Positions 60,161 to 64,000 of a stretch of DNA of 64,000 bases are shown in pieces. The translations under genes and the position numbers were made by a program. The stretch comes from Escherichia phage AugustSocin. Location of the stretch: sequence record MZ501052; one strand, given 5' to 3'. Position 1 is the stretch's first letter. Each line of letters starts with the position of its first letter. The notes beneath the pieces were generated by a model. That model saw nothing but the letters and a program-made list of their open reading frames with translations, made no database searches and was not told the origin of the DNA.

Positions 60161-60554
60161 TTTTACTAAATATACAGAATAAGATGGAACAGACTATATA
60201 AGCACCGCATACAGATTGAACTAATACCATTCCAAAGAACCAAACAATATTATCAAACAATGTCTGTTTTACGTCGAAAGGACGTAAACTTACAGTAATA
60301 TTATCGCCTTTTTCTATTGATGAATACATCTCTGGGGAAATATATTCGCTAAATCTATAACCGTCTTTGAGTTCATATACGGCAATAAACGATAAACTAG
60401 ACCCCTTTCCTTGAGTTCCTGTAAGGGTATTAACTACAGTAACATCATAATCTTTATAATGCATATAATCATTAATAGCATAATAACCATATGCAATTGC
60501 TATACATAAACAACATATCAATAAATTCAATCTTTTAATTATCAACTGTTTCAT
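60147..60554 (-). CDS. hypothetical membrane protein (135 aa)
   Basis: two hydrophobic segments at N- and C-termini. Confidence 0.5.
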   Translation of the reverse strand: MKQLIIKRLNLLICCLCIAIAYGYYAINDYMHYKDYDVTVVNTLTGTQGKGSSLSFIAVYELKDGYRFSEYISPEMYSSIEKGDNITVSLRPFDVKQTLFDNIVWFFGMVLVQSVCGAYIVCSILFCIFSKIEIE

Positions 60555-60609
60555 AATAATCTCAATTAAAAGGGCTTAGAACCATTATACCATCCTTGGT
60601 ATAAAGCGG

Positions 60610-61137
60610 TTATGCGAGTACCGTCTTTAACCGTTCTTCAAACTTCTGAAGAGTATTCTGGCGTTCAGCTCTTTGCTTTTTGTAAGTTTCAATACGCTCT
60701 GAAATGAGAGCGTATCGTTCATTTACTGATTCTTTCATAAAATCAGGAATTTCACGAGAAGCTTTAATCTCGTCAAATTTATCAATAACAGCTTGCTCTT
60801 CAGCAATTAAGTTATCATACATCAAAATATCTTTCTTGATGAACTCAATATCTTCTTGAGTTACACGAGATAATTTAGATGCTTTATCCTTTTTGTACTG
60901 TTCGTTAGTATCACGAGACCAGTGTAATGTACGATTTTTATTCGTATTTTTGTAAATTTCTACAATACCAATCTCATCGATAATAACGATCCAATTCCAA
61001 CGAGATTTATAAACTTGTCCTCCATCAACCGTGATTTCACCACCGATTGAGATGTCATTAAAGAACTTACTTTGTGCTTCAGATTTAAATTTACCATCAT
61101 TGTAGTTTACCAAGTTGAAAATATCTTTAGCGTTCAT
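60610..61137 (-). CDS. hypothetical protein (175 aa) with C-terminal coiled coil
   Basis: ORF-track ORF; GGAGGAACAGAAA RBS; early promoter upstream. Confidence 0.55.
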   Translation of the reverse strand: MNAKDIFNLVNYNDGKFKSEAQSKFFNDISIGGEITVDGGQVYKSRWNWIVIIDEIGIVEIYKNTNKNRTLHWSRDTNEQYKKDKASKLSRVTQEDIEFIKKDILMYDNLIAEEQAVIDKFDEIKASREIPDFMKESVNERYALISERIETYKKQRAERQNTLQKFEERLKTVLA

Positions 61138-61165
61138 TTTCTGTTCCTCCGTAGTTGATAGTTGT

Positions 61166-61195
61166 ATAGTACCACAGAGGAACAGTCTTGTAAAC
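61166..61195 (-). promoter_or_regulatory. T4-type early promoter
   Basis: -10 TACTAT, 18-nt spacer, -35 GTTTAC. Confidence 0.55.
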
Positions 61196-61197
61196 CA

Positions 61198-61512
61198 CTA
61201 AAAGAAACTTCTTTCACAATTTTTTCCACTGAACCACGCGCTAACCGCTTTCTTAGTCTCAGGAGCAGTGTTATCCATAAACCATTCAAAGGCAGCCTTT
61301 TTATGATTCTGGAGGGCTTCTCGGGCTTTAATCTGCTCACGGTCTATTAACACTAACATATGAGCCTTTCTTGTCACCATGGGCTTCTTATGATTTTTTG
61401 AATACTCCCAATCATTTGTCCAACGCATTGTCGTTGCGAACTGATGAACCGCGTCTTTAATTTTAGTTTCGTAAATTTCACGAGCCTTTGAGTATAACAT
61501 CACTACCTCCAT
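61198..61512 (-). CDS. hypothetical protein (104 aa)
   Basis: ORF-track ORF. Confidence 0.45.
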   Translation of the reverse strand: MEVVMLYSKAREIYETKIKDAVHQFATTMRWTNDWEYSKNHKKPMVTRKAHMLVLIDREQIKAREALQNHKKAAFEWFMDNTAPETKKAVSAWFSGKNCERSFF

Positions 61513-61601
61513 TTACCAGTTTAATTCTAATCATCTTTTTGATGGCAGTCCATATAATCTATTTCTGAACTGCCTTTTTGTCATAGAAGTCCTCTTATGA
61601 A

Positions 61602-62570
61602 TTATTTCAGAAGAGTAACCTCAGCGATTTCTTCCCAACCGTTTTTGTCGGTCATAATAAAGTCAGCAAGATAAAGAGCAGTACGCAGTGAAACATTACG
61701 TAAACGATTAACATTGACTTTCATCCATGATAATGCTTTATAAGTTTCTTCATCAGAAAGACCGCGCTTTTGCATCATGTCAGTTGAAAGAATAACATCT
61801 TCAACCCTGACCATAATTTCTTCATTAGTGTGAACACCCAAATCCAAATAAACTGAGCGGGACACTAATGCTTGTAAATGTGGAGCAAGTTTAGTACCAC
61901 GGTCTAATTCGCGGTCAATGTCAACGTTTGTGATAAAAACAATCGTTCCTTTAAATTCAAACTCACGCTCAATGCCTTTTTCTTCTAAGTAAGAAGATGC
62001 AGTGCTCCAGCAGACTTTACGGGTCTCTCCAGTGTCCAGAGCAGCTTTCAGAAGATTAAGAATGTCCATATCAGAGAAAACATCCACATCATCAATCAAA
62101 AGGACAGAATTCTCTTCACGATTATTCCAAAGCTGTTCATAAAGACCAATACCAGAGATTTTACCATTAATGCTTTTATACTCAATGTATCCAATATCAT
62201 TTGCTTTATTTAAAGCTTTATCTAAAGAATACGTTTTACCAATACCTGCTGCTCCCGAGATAATTAATGAACGAATGTTTCCGTTAATAATACCATTCGT
62301 CATCATTCCCATAACATTAAATCTTTTATTAATGCGGGTTTTCATATCTTCATACGATTCTTTAACTTCTTCAACTTTTACACCATCATATGAAATGTCT
62401 GATTTGTAAACCCAAACACCGCGACGTTTACCGTCAATTTCAACAAAAACTTTACCATCTCCTTGTGCATCTACCGGAGCATTATCCGGGAACCATTCGC
62501 CTAAGAGCTCAAAAGTTCCAGAGATTTCTTTACCGAAGTAGATACCCTTATTGATAGTTACAGTTTTCAT
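61602..62570 (-). CDS. putative P-loop ATPase (AAA-like)
   Basis: Walker A GAAGIGKT and Walker B-like VLLIDDVD; start at MKTVTINK with GGAGAATAAA RBS. Confidence 0.55.
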   Translation of the reverse strand: MKTVTINKGIYFGKEISGTFELLGEWFPDNAPVDAQGDGKVFVEIDGKRRGVWVYKSDISYDGVKVEEVKESYEDMKTRINKRFNVMGMMTNGIINGNIRSLIISGAAGIGKTYSLDKALNKANDIGYIEYKSINGKISGIGLYEQLWNNREENSVLLIDDVDVFSDMDILNLLKAALDTGETRKVCWSTASSYLEEKGIEREFEFKGTIVFITNVDIDRELDRGTKLAPHLQALVSRSVYLDLGVHTNEEIMVRVEDVILSTDMMQKRGLSDEETYKALSWMKVNVNRLRNVSLRTALYLADFIMTDKNGWEEIAEVTLLK

Positions 62571-62604
62571 TTTATTCTCCAAATCCGTATCAGTTGATAG
62601 TTGT

Positions 62605-62634
62605 ATAGTACCATAAAGCTTTATGCTTGTAAAC
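62605..62634 (-). promoter_or_regulatory. T4-type early promoter
   Basis: -10 TACTAT, 18-nt spacer, -35 GTTTAC, UP element. Confidence 0.55.
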
Positions 62635-62663
62635 AGTTTTGTGAAAAATTTTTGAAATAAAAA

Positions 62664-62683
62664 AGGGAGCCCGAAGGCTCCCT
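62664..62683 (-). terminator. tetraloop hairpin downstream of the nucleotidyltransferase-like gene
   Basis: GGGAGCC-CGAA-GGCTCCC with A/T-rich flanks. Confidence 0.5.
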
Positions 62684-62684
62684 A

Positions 62685-63698
62685 TCATTTATAATAACTT
62701 CGGTGGTTTTCAAGATAAACCTTCTCAAGGAAGTCATCCCAGAAACCCATGTCTACTTTTTGCTGCATACCGTTCTTAGAAGCTTCAGTAGATGCTGCTT
62801 CTACTTGATCGACCACATCTTCCAAAAACTCTTGAACTGTTTTAAATGGATGCTTACCCAACTTCACGTCGAGAATAAATGGAGCATCTTGGAGTGGATA
62901 AACCAAGTCACCAGTTTTGTAAATTTCCAATAGTTGAAGTCCACCACGACAAGCATGGCTCAGAGCTTTCCAGTCAATGCCTTCGTTGGCTTCGGCCTTA
63001 CGAGCACGTTCACCGTATTCAGCATCTAATTTGTTCAGTGACTGCTTAAGCTCAATAAGAGAAAGAGTTGTCTGATATTTACGACCCAACACAGTGTAGA
63101 ACGTTTGTGGGCCTGTTTTCTCATGATTATGGAACACCCATTCACAGAATTCGTTTTCTGGAAGACGATGCTTAATATCTTCAACTTTAGTACGACGCTG
63201 CTTAATAGAACCATCTTCTTGGTAATCAACCCATTGCTCAGGGATTTGATTAACTACTTTCAATACATCACGTAATGCAGCCAAACGAGAACCCTTGACA
63301 CCGTATTTAGAAGCTTGCTTGCGAACATATCCTAAATAGGATTTCATGTTAGTCGTATAAAAACGAGAACGGTTGTCTTGAATAAACTTCCACACATCAG
63401 GCAAATCAGATTTAACCACTAGTTCAGGTGGAGTGTGAAGCATATCCAATGCTACAGTTTCACCATCTGCTGCTAATTTAAAGAAATATTTAAGACTGTA
63501 TAGTTCATGGTCAATATCATCTTTAGTGTTTTTAGATGATGTGTTGTTAGTGTTTTTACTCATGTGCTCTTTGACATTTCCGATAAGAATATCACGAGCA
63601 GGAGGAACAAAAATTTCTTTAAAATCTACATCAGATTCTGGGGTAGAAGTTCCATAAAGATGACTACCAAAATAGCTTTTCATTACTGTTTTCATCAT
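62685..63698 (-). CDS. putative nucleotidyltransferase-fold protein (337 aa)
   Basis: N-terminal GSHLYGTSTPESDVDF fits the pol-beta-type NTase motif G[SG]x9-13DxD. Confidence 0.45.
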   Translation of the reverse strand: MMKTVMKSYFGSHLYGTSTPESDVDFKEIFVPPARDILIGNVKEHMSKNTNNTSSKNTKDDIDHELYSLKYFFKLAADGETVALDMLHTPPELVVKSDLPDVWKFIQDNRSRFYTTNMKSYLGYVRKQASKYGVKGSRLAALRDVLKVVNQIPEQWVDYQEDGSIKQRRTKVEDIKHRLPENEFCEWVFHNHEKTGPQTFYTVLGRKYQTTLSLIELKQSLNKLDAEYGERARKAEANEGIDWKALSHACRGGLQLLEIYKTGDLVYPLQDAPFILDVKLGKHPFKTVQEFLEDVVDQVEAASTEASKNGMQQKVDMGFWDDFLEKVYLENHRSYYK

Positions 63699-63916
63699 TC
63701 AGCCTTATATTCAATAACAGGACATACTTTAGCTTTACGAGCTTTTAAAAATTCGACGATAATCGATTTCTTGGGTTGAATAGGAGGTAAACCTTTATAC
63801 GCCCTATCAATATTTTCTACGTGTAAAGCATAATCCTTTTTCCATTTATAATCTTTATATTTTTCACGCAAATGTGCAGGAATAACAAATGAACCGATAA
63901 TAAGTAAAACAACCAA
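63695..63916 (-). CDS. hypothetical protein with N-terminal TM segment (73 aa)
   Basis: ORF-track ORF near the window end. Confidence 0.4.
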   Translation of the reverse strand: MVVLLIIGSFVIPAHLREKYKDYKWKKDYALHVENIDRAYKGLPPIQPKKSIIVEFLKARKAKVCPVIEYKAE

Positions 63917-64000
63917 AAGTGCAAGTATAAATGCCGATGGAAGAAGAGTCCATAAACTACCGAAAATAAGCCAACGTTGTAAGCTTTCTGCACAAATAAT

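Noticed and set aside
61134-61340. 68-aa ORF overlapping 61198..61512
   Set aside because: Runs through an early promoter and overlaps a longer ORF in another frame.
55549-63916. The nrdC-distal block as a wholly novel defence/anti-defence island
   Set aside because: ORF sizes, order and early-promoter punctuation look like the conserved but uncharacterised nrdC.x region of T-even phages; novelty is limited to unassigned function, so only the ATPase/NTase pair and the coiled-coil family are flagged.
1-64000. CRISPR arrays, tRNA or rRNA genes, integrases/transposases, prophage attachment sites
   Set aside because: No spaced direct repeats, no cloverleaf-like conserved tRNA sequence and no recombinase-like ORFs were seen; the only tandem repeat is the 85-bp soc duplication.

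Overview
This window is a T-even (T4-like, Tequatrovirus) phage early/middle region with nearly all genes on the minus strand. Read in window order it runs: tail fibre 37 (3' end) - 38 - holin t (plus strand), then asiA - arn - motA - 52 - ac - stp - ndd - denB - rIIB - rIIA - 39 - dexA - dda - srd - modA - modB - soc - 56 - 61 - sp - dmd - 41 - 40 - uvsX - glucosyltransferase - 42 - imm - 43 - regA - 62 - 44 - 45 - rpbA - 46 - 47 - alpha-gt - 55 - nrdH/G/D - 49 - pin - nrdC and a block of unassigned nrdC-distal genes. Gene names rest on ORF size, synteny and my recall of T4 protein sequences; no database search was run. Several features point to a T2/T6-type relative rather than T4 itself: a gp38 adhesin with glycine-rich motifs, an uninterrupted 605-codon gene 39, an intron-less nrdD, a 280-aa glycosyltransferase in place of beta-gt, and no dam/69 between 56 and 61. 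The most notable observations are a frameshift interrupting ndd, a perfect 85-bp tandem duplication at the 3' end of soc, a GIY-YIG (Seg-like) homing endonuclease gene between the glycosyltransferase and gene 42, and an array of T4-type early promoters. I found no convincing evidence of a novel multi-gene system; the best candidates for unexplored biology are an AAA-ATPase plus nucleotidyltransferase-like gene pair and a tandem family of coiled-coil proteins. A few lines of the displayed sequence appear to disagree with the ORF track by 1 nt, so coordinates of hand-derived small features may be off by 1-2 nt.
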